Made by a program: the position numbers and the translations under genes. The notes beneath the pieces are model-generated. The model made no database searches. It worked only from the letters and a program-made list of their open reading frames with translations, and was not told the DNA's origin. A stretch of 64,000 nt of DNA. Source: Squalus acanthias (Eukaryota). Positions 38,975 through 52,900 of this stretch are shown here, in pieces (within the stretch, counting starts at the first letter, position 1; each line of letters begins with the position of its first letter). The stretch is taken from positions 68,822,001 through 68,886,000 of the forward strand of contig CM059432.1 in the NCBI GenBank assembly GCA_030390025.1. Reading direction: 5' to 3'.

Positions 38975-41150
38975 AGGGGTGACCTGATAGAGGTCTTTAA
39001 AATTCAGAAAGGGTTTGATAGGGTAGACAAAGGGAAAATGTTTCCACTTGTGGAGGAGTACAAAACTAGGGCCGTGATTTTACGAACCTCGGCGGGTCTG
39101 TGGCGGACAATGTTGGTGGCGGGTCCTGACCCCGCTGCTGGCTCCATCCAGGCCTCTGAAATGAATTTACCTAGATTGGGCTTGTTAAGCCCGCCCAATG
39201 AGTTTCCCAGCCAATTGAAGGAAGCGGGTCTGGTGACGTCATTCGATGACACGTCATCAGCCGGTTTCCTTAAAGAGACCATGGTCAAATTTATTTTGAC
39301 ATTTGTGCTGTCAGTGTTCTACAGCATTGAGGTGCTGCAAACACTGACGAGCACTGCACAGAGGTGCACGGCTGCACCCAGGCTCTCCCATGACTCCCTC
39401 CATATGCTTATGGAGGGAGTCACAGCACACAGGGAGGTCCTCTTCCCTTCCCATGGGCAGAAGAGACCTCCCCAGGAGATCAACACAGCCTGGTTGCACA
39501 TTGCAGAGGAGGGCACAAGCAGGGATGTGGTCAGGAGGACCTGGGTGCAGTACCGCAAACGTTTCAATGATCTCAGTAGATCACGAAACATTAATACAAA
39601 GCCACACTCAACCTCATCCTGCTGTGTCTCTCATCACATCCCCATCACTCTGCCTTCCCTACCCTACTCCTGCACATCCTTACTCACACCAACTTACCTT
39701 GCACCTCTACCCATCCCTCTCTATCTATATTATCACATCCCCATCTCACTAGCCACCCCTCACACTCACCCTCATCCTAGTCCAATCATTCAAACTAACA
39801 ACACACAAGGGTAGGCACTTGGGTGTTTTATGCAATGTTCATGTAAAGTTTCTGTTTATATGCTGTCAAACATTGAAACCTTTATTTTCAACACTTTGTG
39901 TTCTTGGACATATTTGTGTGCACCTTTGGAAGTGGCTTAGTGAGTTGCAGTGAATGGTGAGACATAATGGTACCCCCTGCAATGGTCATGAGTGTGAAAG
40001 GAATGGCTTGGGCATTGTAGGGATGCTTTATGGTGTTGGTGTGGGGTGGTGCCAACCTGGTGCATCATGTGGCTGCCAGGGTGTACAGCGTCAAGTGAAG
40101 TAATTCTGGCCATGGTGAGGCCAGCCCTGGCCTCCTGGGCAGCAATGTGGTCGGGGTTGATGCCCTTTGTCTTGTGCAGCATCAGTTGATTGCGGAGAAG
40201 GTTGGTGTTGTTGTTGGTGTGCCTGGTGATGCTGGTGTTGGGGCTGATTGTAGTGGGATTCTGAGGACCAAGGTAAGAGAGTATAAAGTGCACTCATGCT
40301 GATGTAATAGATGGCAGGTGAAGTAGAGATGACAGAAGCGATCTGTCAATGGTGAGAGAGGTAATGAGGTCAGATTGGATGGAGACTTGTGTAAAGACTT
40401 GCATCATGGTGAATCTGTTGTAGAAATGCAGTGAGGAGGAGCTTGTGACTGAGGGAAGATATCTGTGTAAGGTGGGAGCTTTTACTTTACATTTGAAGCT
40501 GTCAACTCAACAGCTGTTTCAATGGCCACTGAACTCCCGCCTCAGCTTAGCAGATGTGGTCCACGACCAGCGTGGCCCCGTGGGCGAGCATGTAAAATCA
40601 AAAGGTGAGCTCAAATGTATTCTTAATGATCTCTAAACAAGGTCATAATTACTTGAATTGGGTCCCCCGCCGCTGCGTGTCGAGTTTGCTCAGCACTGAC
40701 AGACCCGACATTGGGGAAAGGCACGTGGCAGTGGGTTCACAGTGGGGTCCTGACCCGCTGGGGAAAAATACCACTTTCCCACCCGACCCACCACCGATCG
40801 CACCTGCTGACCCCATGGAAAATCTCGGTCTAGAGGTCATAAATATAAGATAGTCACCAATATATACAATGTGGAATTCAGGATAAACTTTTTTCCCAAA
40901 GAGTGTAAGAATGTGGAACTTGCTACCACAAGGAGTAGTTGAGGCGAATAGCATTGATGGATTTAAGAGGAAGCTAGATAAGCACATGAGGGAGAAAAGA
41001 ATAGAAGGTTATGCTGTTAGGGTTAGATGAAGAAGGGTGGGAGGAGGCTCGTGTAGAGCATAAATGCCAGCATAGACCAGTTGGGCCAAATGACCTGTTT
41101 CTGTGCTGTACGCTCGATGTATCTCGATGTAACCCAATTGCTATATGATA
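38975..41150 (+). mobile_element. CR1 3' end interrupted by a Harbinger derivative
   Basis: GAGGGGTGACCTGATAGAGGTC...CAAAACTAG | TAGAGGTCATAAATATAAG; rejoins to match 44560-44930. Confidence 0.85.
39070..40830 (+). mobile_element. Non-autonomous Harbinger retaining the Myb/SANT domain, copy 2
   Basis: TIRs GGCCGTGATTTT / rc GACCGAGATTTT; TSD TAG confirmed by the host CR1 sequence; ORF 39038..39814 with AWLHIAEEGTSRDVVRRTWVQYRKRFNDL. Confidence 0.88.
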
Positions 41151-42289
41151 TAGCATGAATACTTTTCACCACTTTTCCCATTACCCCTCAGTATTTTACA
41201 AGCTTCTGTGTTGGACACACAGAGCCACACACACAATAGACAAATACTGTCTTTTTACTAACTACAAGAGTCAGAAAAAAAGTAATGAAAATCACATAAT
41301 ATAACTTTGTATACAAAGCTGCTGAGTTTTTTGGGCAGTACTGGTTTAAGCTTGTTTGAAAACAACTAGCTTGGAATTCTGTAAATTATTGGGTTGTGAG
41401 AGCTCTTTATTGCCCCATAAGTTTGACATCTCCAAAATAGACCACTTGCAAAATGTATTAAACTTTTTGGCTGAGTTTTTGCTTGATTTGGTTCCTCCCT
41501 CAATGTTTGTCCTTCCATGGGTCTGTCCTTTTATTTTATTGCCTATATTTATCATCGTAGAACCCCATTCTAGTTTTATTTTACAAAGCTCCCCACTGAG
41601 AACAAAGGGACCCATGTTCCCATTCCTCATGACTCTTGTCTGATTGTCCACAGCTCCAACAGTACTACCCTAACAGTCATCCAACTTCTACACAACACTG
41701 AGCACCACTATCAGCTTTAGCATTGTATCACAAAGACATTAAAAGACACCAAGACAAATATTATGTTATGATAGTGGCATATTACAGACAATAATTTGCT
41801 CATGGTATAACTGATACAAATCATTCTAACATCAGACATTCAAGAGTCACTTCACCCCTCATCTTAATGCTCTTATCTTTTGTTTGATTCTCTATCGAAA
41901 ACTGTATCATGTTACCTATGCTCCAGTGACTATTCTTCATGTGTGAACCTAGAAAGTAAATTTTGATAGGGTATTCAATCATGAAGGGCATCACAGCCAA
42001 GCATCTATTCTCACACAACATTTACACAAACACAAACACATACACACACACTTCTAGCAGGGGTTACTAGATAGCATTCAAGATTGGGAACTCTGGTTGA
42101 TTTTTGTTTTCCCTAACCTGAGGACACTAAGGCCGGCGTAAAAGCACTCCCACTGCTGTCAACTAAGATCACACTATCATAAGATAAATATGGATGAGGA
42201 AGGCCATTCACCCCATTTTAGATCATCCATCCAGAAAGACCCTACAATTCCTCCATTGAAACGTCTGTTTCTTAAATGATTCCAGTAGC

Positions 42290-42400
42290 GCAATCATCAC
42301 AAGGACTGAAGCAGTTTAAGGAGAAGGCGCACCTCCACCTTCTCAGAGCAACTAGAGATGAGCAATGAATATGGCCTTGCCAGTGTCACCCACATCCCAA
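42290..42400 (+). mobile_element. 3' end fragment of the 11490-13030 LINE family
   Basis: GCAGTTTAAGGAGAAGGCGCACCTCCACCTTCTC...GGCCTTGCCAGTGTCACCCACATCCC matches rc of 11493-11590. Confidence 0.65.
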
Positions 42401-42909
42401 AAAATAAATGACAAAATTCTAGCTTAAACCCCACAAGGCAACACACCCATGACTGCTAGGACAGCATAATGCCTGTGCTCAGACACAATTATGCATCATT
42501 GCATTCAACATTATGCTTGTGAGATGGAATGGAAACTCTCATCCAGATTGCTGCAAAAAAGCATGTACCTGGCTAAATAAAAACCTTAACATAGATGTCA
42601 AAAGTGAAAGAAATACGTCACATTTTTTAGACACATTTCTTTAAGGGCTGATTTATTTTGAATGCAATTTAATTTTACAGGCCCTTTTGAAATACAATCT
42701 TTGTGAGTCAACAAAAAGAGACACTTCCTCCTTAAGTGAGATTACAACACACAGCAGATTCCATCTTCTCTGGATATTCTGCTGCAGTTGTTATCAGATT
42801 TTTTTCTTTCCAAAATATCCTATGGGATATCCTGCTGAAATATTCTGCCGTATCCTATAAGGTTCTTGTATATTGTTTGTGCACCTTATAGGAACATGTA
42901 AAATGAGCA

Positions 42910-44935
42910 AATATGATTTTTAGACTTCCAAAGAAGTGAACACCTGAGAATGCGGTGTCAGGGGACAAGTATCAGAATGGAGAGCTAGCTGGCTTCAAGA
43001 CAGAAAGCAGAGAGTAGGGGTAAAGGGTAGCCATTCAGAGTGGCGGAAGGTGGAAAGTGGGGTCCCACAAGGATCAGTGCTGGGACCAATGTTGTTCACA
43101 ATTTATATTAACGATTTAGACTTTGGAATCAAAAACACAATTTCTAAATTTACGGATGACACCAAATTGGTGGGGAAGGGGGGGGAGTGGATAGCCAATA
43201 CTGTGGAGAACTGCAACAAATTACAAGTAGACATTAATAAACTTGCAGAATGGGCATATAATTGGCAAATTAATTTCAACACAGATAAATGTGAGGTATT
43301 GGAAAATAAGGGGGAGAAATTCAGTATCGCCCCATTTGGGGCGCAATTATCGGCCGGGCGCAAAGATTAGTGCCTGGCGCTAATTATCGCCTCCGACTGC
43401 AAACTTGACTTTTATCACCCCTGGAGGTGATTGGAGCGCTAAATCAGACGCTTTACACCTGTCTTAAGGCGCAAAGGCCGAGGAGCGAGGCGCTACCTCA
43501 GAGTGCTGGCGAAGCTCATGTGATGTCAGTCAGCAATGGAACACACACACAATGGCGCCGGCCAGTTCTTAAAGGGAGGGTTGATCTTGCTTTCCATCCA
43601 CATCCTGCTCATTGCAGCCTTGAATCTCGGCCTGGAGAGACCTGTACATCAAATCTGCTGGAAAGAACAATGGAGAGTCCCAGGGAAAGAGCTCAGAGTG
43701 CAGCCCCCACAGTCTCTTCTAAATCGATATAAGGAAGGGCAAATCAAAATGAACCTGCAAAGTGCTGCTCAGTACCCAAAACTCCTTCACACAGCGTTGA
43801 ATCTCTCCAGAAGTCTCTCTCTCTCTCTCTCTCTCAGAATGCGTGGTTCAAAAATGTCACCAACAATAAAAGGCAGGAAGCGGTCGCCTTTAAATAGCGC
43901 TCCCCCAGTCCCTTCCTGACTGCAAAACGCTCCCCTCAACCTGTCGTTGCTACCGGCAGGCGGTAAGGCAAGGGGCGCCACTCAATATCCGCTCCGGGGC
44001 GCTACTGGGGCGTTGTGCACTCGACTGACGTCACAATCTGCCGGCGCAGGAGATCGTGGCGGTAGTGTTTAGCGCCGCCGCAAAATGTCTAGTTAATTTC
44101 ACGAGCGGCGCAAACATCGCTGCGCCCGGGTGCTAGTTGCTTTGCGCCCCATTAGCGCCCTCTTAAGGCGCTAACGGGAGGCGCAACCAACTGAATTTTT
44201 CCCCCTAAGAATCTAAATGGGGTAGAAGAGCAAAGGAATCTTGGAGTACAGAATACACAAATCACTAAAAGTAGCGACGCAGGTTAATAAGGCCATAAAA
44301 AAGCAAACCAAGCATTAGGGTTTATTTCTGGAGGGATAGAATTGAAAAGTAGTGAAGTTATGCTAAACTTGCATCAAACCTTGGATAGACCACACTTGGA
44401 GTACTGTGCACAATTCTGGTTGCCATATTATAAAAAGGATATAGAAACACTGGAGAGGGTACAAAAAAAGATTTACAAGGATGATACCAGAAATGCGAGG
44501 TTATACATATCAGGAAAGGAAGAACAGTCTGAGTCTCTTTTCTCTTGAAAAGATAAGGCTGAGGGGTGACCTAATAGAGGTCTTTAAAATTATGAAAGGT
44601 TTTGATAGAGTAGATACAGAGAGAGTGTTTCCACTTGTGGGGAAGAGCAAAACTAGAGGCCATCAATATAAGATAGTCACCAAGAAATCAAATAGGGAAT
44701 TCAGAACAAACTTCTTTACCCAGAGTGTGGTGAGAATGTGGAACTCAGTACCACAGGGAGTGGTTGAGGCGAATAGTAAAGATGCATTTAAGGGGAGGCT
44801 AGACAAGCATTTGAGGTTTATGCTGATAGAGTTAGATGAGGAAAGATGGGAGGAGGCTCAAGTGGAGCATTAGCGCCAGTATGGACTGGTTGGGCCGAAT
44901 GGCCTGTTTCTGTGCTGTATATCCTATGTAAACCT
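42910..44935 (+). mobile_element. CR1 LINE RT and 3' end interrupted by a MITE
   Basis: [17 protein letters not shown] (43050..43370), RPHLEYCAQFW, LRGDLIEVFKIM. Confidence 0.9.
43310..44205. mobile_element. Harbinger-type MITE (896 bp)
   Basis: TIRs GGGGGAGAAATTCAGT / rc GGGGGAAAAATTCAGT; TSD TAA; GC-rich subterminal GGCGC repeats. Confidence 0.88.
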
Positions 44936-45461
44936 GCAAGATATTTAGTAAGAGATATGTCATTTTAACAACTACTAGTACCATTAACGCTTTGGGCTCG
45001 ATTTTAATAGCCCTGAGGAGGTGGGTTTGGAGGCGGGTCGGCAGCGAAAATCAGAAAAAAAGGCTTCAGACACCCAACCCGCCTCCATGCCGCCCCCACC
45101 CGATTTTCGTGAATTTCTGTTCAGCCGCTCCCAAACTGACCCGACTGGAACCAGTGGGACAGGTAGTTAAGGCAGTTAAGTGCCTGTTAACTGCCTTGCT
45201 AATCCTATTTTGATAGTGGTTTCCCATTTTCATGCTTCTGGCTCCTGTTTCCCGTCTTGTCAGAAACAGGCCAGCTGCAAGGAGACGAGTTGCTGGAGGA
45301 CATGATTTGTAGTAATTGGTGCAGCACTTTAAAAGTGTTCCTGTAACATGGCTGGCATTCAAATGCAACAACCTTGTTGTTGGAGGTTTGGGATTAGATT
45401 TTGCATATCTACTGACATTGACTGTTCAAGCTGACAGCTATCTGCAATGTGACCTGATAGG

Positions 45462-48171
45462 GGGTAGGGAAAGCCAACTCCAACGGTACCCTCCTCCTGT
45501 CGAAATGCTTAGAACATGGTCTTGTCATAACTAACACCTTGTTCCGTCAGAGAGACAAGTACAAGGCTTCATGGCAGCACCCTCGCTCCAAGCACTGGCA
45601 TCTGCTGGACTACATCATCGTCCGAGCGAGGGACCGCAAGGACGTCCGCATCACCCGCGCCATGACAGGAGCTGACGACTGCTGGACAGACCACTGCCTA
45701 CTCCGCTCTGTCATCTCCATCAATGTATCCCCAAAACAGCGGCGGCAACAGAAACAATGCCGCAGGAAAATTAACGCTGGAGCACTCAAAGACCCCGCTA
45801 AGAAAGCTTCATTCAGCCTGCGCCTCGCAACCAACCTGACGACTCCCAGTGATGCAGAGACACAGAGTGCCCATAGCGCCTGGTCTGCACTCAAGGCCTC
45901 CATAATCAGCACCTGCGAAGAGACGCTCGGTCACTCGACCAGGAAACACCAAGACTGGTTCGACGAGAACGGCCAGGAGATCCAGGAGCTAATAAGCCGC
46001 AAGCACAAGACATTCCTGATCTGGAAACAGCAACAGAACTCAAGAGCAAGAAAGCAGCTCTACAGACGCCTGAAGGCTGAGGTCCAACAAAAAAACTCGC
46101 GACCTAAAGAAGATGGTGGGTGGAGAAAGCGCAGGAGATCCAGCAGCTAGCCGACAACCACGACGTGCGTGGATTCTTTAGTGCAGTCAAGACCATCTAC
46201 GGCCCAAGCACCCAAGGCCCTACCCCACTGCGGGCCAAGAACGGAGACGTACTCATCAAGGACAGAGAGGCAATCAGTGCCCGCTGGAAGGAGCACTTCG
46301 AAGATCTCCTTAACCGCGACTCTGTCTTCGACGCAAGTGTCGTCAACTCCATCCCGCAGCATGCTACCCGCCACCATCTCAGCACAACCCCAGCCCGGCA
46401 TGAGGTTGAAAAGGCCATCCGACAACTGAAGAACAACAAGGCCTCAGGAGCAGATGGAATCCCCGCCGAGGCACTAAAGCATGGCGGAGAAGCACTACTG
46501 GCGCGAATTCATGAACTCATTTCTCTTATCTGGAAGGAGGAGAGCATGCCAGGGGATCTCAGAGACGTCATAATTGTGACCATCTTCAAGAAAGGTAACA
46601 AGTCCGACTGCGGTAATTAGAGAGGAGTTTCCCTGCTGTCTGTCACAGGGAAAGTCATCGCAAGAATCCTCCTCAATCGCCTTCTCCCAGTGGCCGAAGA
46701 GCTCCTCCCAGAGTTGCAATGCAGATTCCACCCACTAAGGGGCACAATGGACATGATCTTCACCGCACGTCAATTACAAGAGAAATGCAGGGAACAGCAC
46801 CAACCGCTGTACATGGCCTTCTTTGATCTCACAAAGGCCTTCGACACTGTCAACCGTGAGGGATTATGGAGTGTCCTCCTCAAATTCGGCTGCCCTCAAA
46901 AGTTTGTCACCATCCTCCGCCTGCTTCACGACGACATGCAAGCCATGATCCTGACCAATGGATCCACCACAGACCCAATTCACGTACGAACCAGGGTCAA
47001 GCAAGGCTGTGTCATCGCACCAACGCTCTTCTCGAATATCCTTGCTGCAATGCTCCATCTCACCCTCAGTAAGCTCCTCACTGGAGTGGAGCTAACTTAC
47101 AGAACAAACGGGAAACTGTTCAACCTCCGTCGCCTCCAGTCCAGATCCAAGGTCGTCCCATCCTCTGTCATCGAATTACAGTATGCAGACGACGCTTGCG
47201 TCTGCACTCACTCGGAGGTCGAACTCCAAACCATCGTCAACACCTTCACCGAAGCATACGAGAGCATGGGCCTTACACTAAACATCCGTAAGACAAAGGT
47301 CCTCTACCAACCTGCCCCCACCACACAGTACTGCCCCCCGATTATCAAAATCCACGACAAGGCCTTGGACAACGTGGACCACTTTCCATACCTCGGGAGC
47401 CTACTGTCAACAAGGGCAGACATCGACGACGAAGTCCAACACCGCCTTCAGTGTGCCAGTGCAGCCTTTGGTCACCTGAGGAAGAGAGTGTTTGAAGACC
47501 AGGACCTCAAACCCGACACTAAGCTCATGGTCTACAGAGCAGCAGTGATACCCGCCCTGCTGTATGCCTCAGAGACATGGACCATGTACAGCAGGCACCT
47601 CAAAGCACTGGAGAGGTACCACCAACGCTGCCTCCGCAAGATCCTGCAAATCCATTGGCAGGATAGGTGCACCAACACCAGTGTTCTTGCTCAGGCCAAC
47701 ATCCCCAGCATTGAAACTTTGACCACGCTTGATCAGCTCCGATGGACGGGTCACATTGTCCGCATGCCCGATACGAGACTCCCAAAACAAGCGCTCTACT
47801 CGGAGCTCCGGCACGGCAAGAGAGCCCCAGGTGGGCAGAGGAAACGCTTCAAGGACACCCTCAAAGCCTCCTTGAAAAAGTGTAACAACCCCACCGACAC
47901 CTGGGAATCCCTGGCTCAAGACCGCACAAAGTGGAGGAGAAGCATCCAGGAAGGCGCCGAAAACCTCGAGTCTCTTCGCCGGGAGCAAGCAGAAGCCAAG
48001 CACAGGCAGCACAAGGAGCGTACGTCAACCCAAGCACCCCACCCACCCGCCCCTTCAACCACCGTCTGCCCCACCTGTGACAGAGACTGTAGGTCCCGCA
48101 TTGGACTCATCAGTCACCTGCGAACTCATTTTTAATGTGGAACCGAGGGACTGCCTAAGAAGAAGAAGAAG
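45462..48171 (+). mobile_element. 5'-truncated RTE-clade LINE
   Basis: APE C-terminus (WQHPRSKHWHLLDY, CWTDH), RT (FFDLTKAFDTV, VKQGCVIAPTLF, YADD), C-terminal CPTCDRDCRSRIGLISHLRTH; (AAG)n tail; TSD GACCTGATAGG. Confidence 0.93.
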
Positions 48172-48251
48172 GACCTGATAGGAATAATTTCAGGCCACTT
48201 CTAGTGTGCGCTAGCAAGCTTCTTGCCTCAAGTGAAATCTATAGCTACAGG

Positions 48252-49496
48252 ATGGGTAACATTTATATCCTCTCATCCTGGTCGTCAGATTCGGAGGAAG
48301 AGCAGCTGCAGCAGCACCACAGCCAGCCACAGCAGCATCAGCACCAGGAGCGCCAACCTCATCCTCACCCACCTGATGATGCACAGGACAGAGGGCCTCA
48401 GCGCAGGGCTGCACCTCGCCGCAGGAGATACCTCCAACACAGAGCTTACAGGCAGAGGATCAGCTTCCTCAGCATAACTGAGCAGCAGTGCCAAAGGAGG
48501 CTAAGACTTTTGAGAGACGTAGTCGCTGACATCTGCGCAATGCTGCACCAACACCTGGAGCCCAGAGGAGTGTATGGACACTCCTTACCAGTGGCTGTCA
48601 AAGTCACCACCGCACTCAACTTCTTTGCTTCAGGCTCCTTCCAGGGATCAGCTGCAGACATCAGCGGCATCTCCCAGTCGGCCGCACACACCTGCATCAT
48701 GCAGGTCACCGATGCCCTCTTTGCAAAGACCCACAATTACATCCACTTCTCCACGGATGAAGCAAGTGTGACAGCGCTTGCGGTTGGCTTTGCCAATATG
48801 GCAGGCTTGCCAATGGTGCAGGGCATCATAGACTGCACACATGTAGCCATTACAGCCCCCTATCACAACCCAGCTGTATTTGTCAATTGCAAGTGATTCC
48901 ACTCCCTGAACGTCCAGCTGGTGTGTAACCACAGGAAGATCATCATGCATGTTTGCGCAAAGTACCCTGGCAGTTGCCATGACTCCTTCATCCTGCGCCA
49001 GACTACTGTGCCTCAGCTCTTGCATCCGCCAAACCAACTTTCCGGATGGCTTCTTGGCAACAAGGGCTATCCCCTGATAAGGTGGCTTATGACACCGATG
49101 AGGAGGCCATCAAACGATGCTGAGGAGCGGTACAATGTGAGTCACCTATCCACCAGAAGCATCATCGAGCAAACCATCAGCTTGCTCAAAATGCGCTTCC
49201 GATGTCAAGACAGATCTGGTGGAGCCTTGCAGTATGCACCAGCCAAGGTGTCCAGAATCATTGTGGTCTGCTGTGCCCTGCACAGCACCGCACAGCAGCA
49301 TGGCTTAGTGCTGCCGGATGAACAAGTGGCTCAGCACACAGTCTCCTCGGAGGAAGAGGAAGAGGATGAGGAAGAGGACGAGGAGGAGGACGGGGAGCGA
49401 TGCTTTGCAGGGCCGGATGTGGCCAATCCAGCAGCAGGCAAACACATTGCTGGCCGTCAGGCAAGGGATGCAGTCATCCATGCCAGATTCGCGTAA
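48252..49496 (+). pseudogene. Harbinger DDE transposase with one in-frame stop
   Basis: ORFs 48204..48896 and 48921..49496 are in the same frame; [38 protein letters not shown], acidic C-terminal tract. Confidence 0.88.
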
Positions 49497-49568
49497 GCTT
49501 ACGCTTCAACCACAGGTGGCTGGCACATGGAGATGAATATAAGTCCGACATCCTCAAAACTCCAGGCA

Positions 49569-49912
49569 TCATCTGTCTACTAAAACGCTCTGTGTCACCA
49601 CCAACATTCTACATGGAAATTGCCCTGAGCCCTCACTCTTGAACTTCCATTTCCCAGAACACAGAGGCCACACTTTAGGGGATCTCAGCAGATCATTAAA
49701 CCTTTTTCGACACTGAACCCATGTGCGTCGGCACACAGACCTCGAGCTCACCTCCTCAGCAATTTGTAGCCAAGCTGCCTTGGTTTGCTGAGGAGGCCTC
49801 CTCCTTCCGTTTCCAGGGAAGAGGAGCTCCTTATGTCCTCTAACTCCCTCCACAAGAGCATGGAGGGAGTCCTCATTGAACCTGGCTGCAGCCTTAGTTT
49901 TTGGGGTTGGCA
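49569..49912 (-). CDS. Harbinger Myb/SANT-like DNA-binding domain ORF (short, possibly first exon only)
   Basis: MPTPKTKAAARFNEDSLHALVEGV...AWLQIAEEVSSRSVCRRTWVQCRKRFNDL. Confidence 0.75.
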
Positions 49913-52900
49913 TTCCTGCAGCAGCCAGCACCTTTAAGAGAAAAAAGCATTAATATTACTAAGCCAATGATTGGAACACATCTGGCATATTTTTCATTTC
50001 TTAGTCACATACCACATTGATAGATAAAAAAATCATAAATGTCTTTCTGGAATAAAAAGACCAGCAATTTCATTCAATAAATTGTGTTCACACCAGCCGC
50101 TGTCAACTCCCCTTTCTAGATAATACAGCACCAATCAATTCCAGTTACATTTTTTGCAAAGGGGTCATGGCCCCTTTAAATTTTTACTCCAAAATCGCGT
50201 CATCAGACGCGAGAAACTGACATGCTCCAAGCAATTGCCTGGAGGGACCCGCACGTCGGCCGGGAGCAGGTCCGAAAGCTGCCGAGCAGCGGGCCCGCCC
50301 TCAACCTGCATCCTCTATAAAAATCGAGCCCTTTGAGTCCAAAAAACTTTGAGAAATTAAAGATTTTCCATACATTGTTCATTTCTTGTCCAGTATGTTA
50401 TTTATCAGAGATACAATAATGAATTTTACTAACCACGGTCAGTCAAAACACATCTGGAAGGCTTCCCTGTTTATGCTGCAGCTAAACAAAAATGGAAAAT
50501 CTGAGGGGGTAAGTCTATCTTGAGCGGCAGTATTAAATGGGTGATAGCGATGCAGCAGCCCGTTTTACACTCTGCCCAATTTTCTTTTTCATATAAAACC
50601 TGGTCCAGGCCAAAGGAAGAGAGTGGGCAGATCATCAGCTGGTGACTGAAATTTGGGGCAGAACCCTTATTCATAACCATAACCATAACAAAATATATGA
50701 TTCACCTAAAATCAGTGACACTTCCGATTGATGTAAGTTTACCACTACAGATGGGTCTCTAGACAATTTGACATGACTGCTCTAACTGAAATAAAAATGA
50801 TTGTACAATTGTTCAATTATTAATTATTTAATCTGTCTCTGCCTGACTGTCAGAAAGTAAACTTCTACCACAAATCTAGTTAGTCCCTAAATTTTAACAG
50901 ATTGGATTACATCAACTGAATTACACTTGATTTTAGGAAAGGAAGATGCATTTTGTTTGCATGCAAGAAGGCACTGGTGTGGCTACATTCTCTCATAGAT
51001 TTTAGGAAATAGATCACAGGCAATTCAAGCAGACCCCCTCCCCCATTCACAGCAACATGTCCTACCACAGGTAGGCAAGCTTTTCCCCAGTCTGTCTAGG
51101 TTCCATGGAGAGTAGGGATCAGGATTGGGCAAAATTGCATATTCATTCTTTCAAGTATTAGTAATTACCTGATTAATCTGAGGCTAAGAGTAGCAGTGGA
51201 TTGAAGGTGTCTGAGAGGCTGTTAGCGGAGCCACTACCTGCAGTGTAAGTACAATGCTTCATCAAAATTAGAGCTTGACTTTAGCACTGGTCATTTTACC
51301 GATAGGCTAGTTAGAAACTACCAGAACACACAAAAACTTCATTCACACATACTTTATAACTCAGCCAATGTCTGAACTTTTACATTTTCACATTTATTTA
51401 AATTGGTAAATTTACCAATAAACAAAGCTTATTAATGTTTACTCTGGCTCAAAGGAACTATATGCCATATCAAATCGCCAGAGAAAGCTGTGTTATAACA
51501 ATATTTTACTTTCTTTCAGTACATCAAATTTATTGACCTGATCTATCCCAAAAATTGCCAAGACATCACTTTGGAACCAGAACTCCAAGCAGTTGATTTA
51601 TCCCATCATGCATTTGGTAATTGGAGGAGAAATCTGTAATTCTAAAAATTAAGCAATCATTACTAAGCATATAAAGTTGCTGAAAAGTGCACCAACTGCT
51701 GGAAAATGCTATACTAAGCCTTCTAGTGATTCATTAAGTTAAAAATTCCTTGGTATATAGGTTTCATTTAAAATATACAGTTCTTTAAATTGCTGAGTCT
51801 CCATCCTAATGTGTGAATAATTTTAAATAACCCTGTTTTCTTTACAGTTTTCAAAATATAATCAATTCAAATTCACTCAAACATTTGTCTGATAAAAAGA
51901 TAATTCTGATCTCAAAGAAAATTATCCATTCACTTCAGTAGCATAAAATCCTTACTACCAGGATGATCCTCTCTGGTATGTTACCAGACATTTGCCATTT
52001 AATGGAATATGGTGCAACTGGTAGCAATTCAATATTTATACAGTTTCTCAGTATCCTCTATTTTAACTATTCCTTGAGTATACCACAAATTGAATAACCA
52101 GTCAAATTAAGACAAATATAGGGTCAGGTTTGACTAAAATAAGTGTGAAAGGTGTTGCTCCAATAAAATAAACGTGAAGTATATGTGCAGTATTTTGAAG
52201 TAGGGTTAAATACCTCTACCTGCACACCCAGTCACTTTTATCATGTTGTTGAATTCAGAAATGTCTCCATTTAGGTTGGAGAATTTTATCACATAAAAGA
52301 TCCCAAGGTGCTTCACAGGGATATAATCAGGCACACAAAACATCCAGTTGCAAGGATCTACTGACACCGAAGGACTAATTACTTGGCTTTATACTGCAAT
52401 TATTTGGCTTTACTCTGCAACTTATTTAGCAATTACTCTGTTTCACCAGAAATGGCATCACAAACATCTGTCATATGCTCAGCGAGAGTGTTAAATCACT
52501 GAGTGATTGCTGCAGTACTACCATTTGCAGTCAAGGTGACTGCTGCAATCAATTTATATAGTATAGGCCCTTTCCTGTTAACAGAAAGGATCTTGTAATA
52601 TTACATGCACTGGAACTTCCAACTTTGACAGGGGCATTAAACGGGCGGTAGCAGATTGGCTGCCAATTATGCACCACGCTCAATTTTCCTTTCCTTTGAA
52701 GTCAATGGAAGAGGGAGATAGCTCATGTCATGAAAATAACAGTAAAGCAGGTTGCTATGGTGCATAATTTTTGCACCTTTGCTGGATATTGTTATTGAAA
52801 TTAGGGTTGAAGGCACAGTTCTATGGTCTCTACCAATTGTAACAGATAGTATTCCTCAATGGGCTGAGCATAAAAATCCTGCAGTGGATTACAAATTTTC

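Larger units (their letters stand above)
44994..50331. mobile_element. Two-gene PIF/Harbinger transposon (~2.6 kb without the nested RTE)
   Basis: TIRs GGGCTCGATTTTAATAG / rc GGGCTCGATTTTTATAG; TSD TTT; convergent transposase and Myb/SANT ORFs. Confidence 0.9.

Noticed and set aside
41346..41651. Overlapping ~100-aa ORFs on both strands
   Set aside because: No motifs or splice context; consistent with chance ORFs
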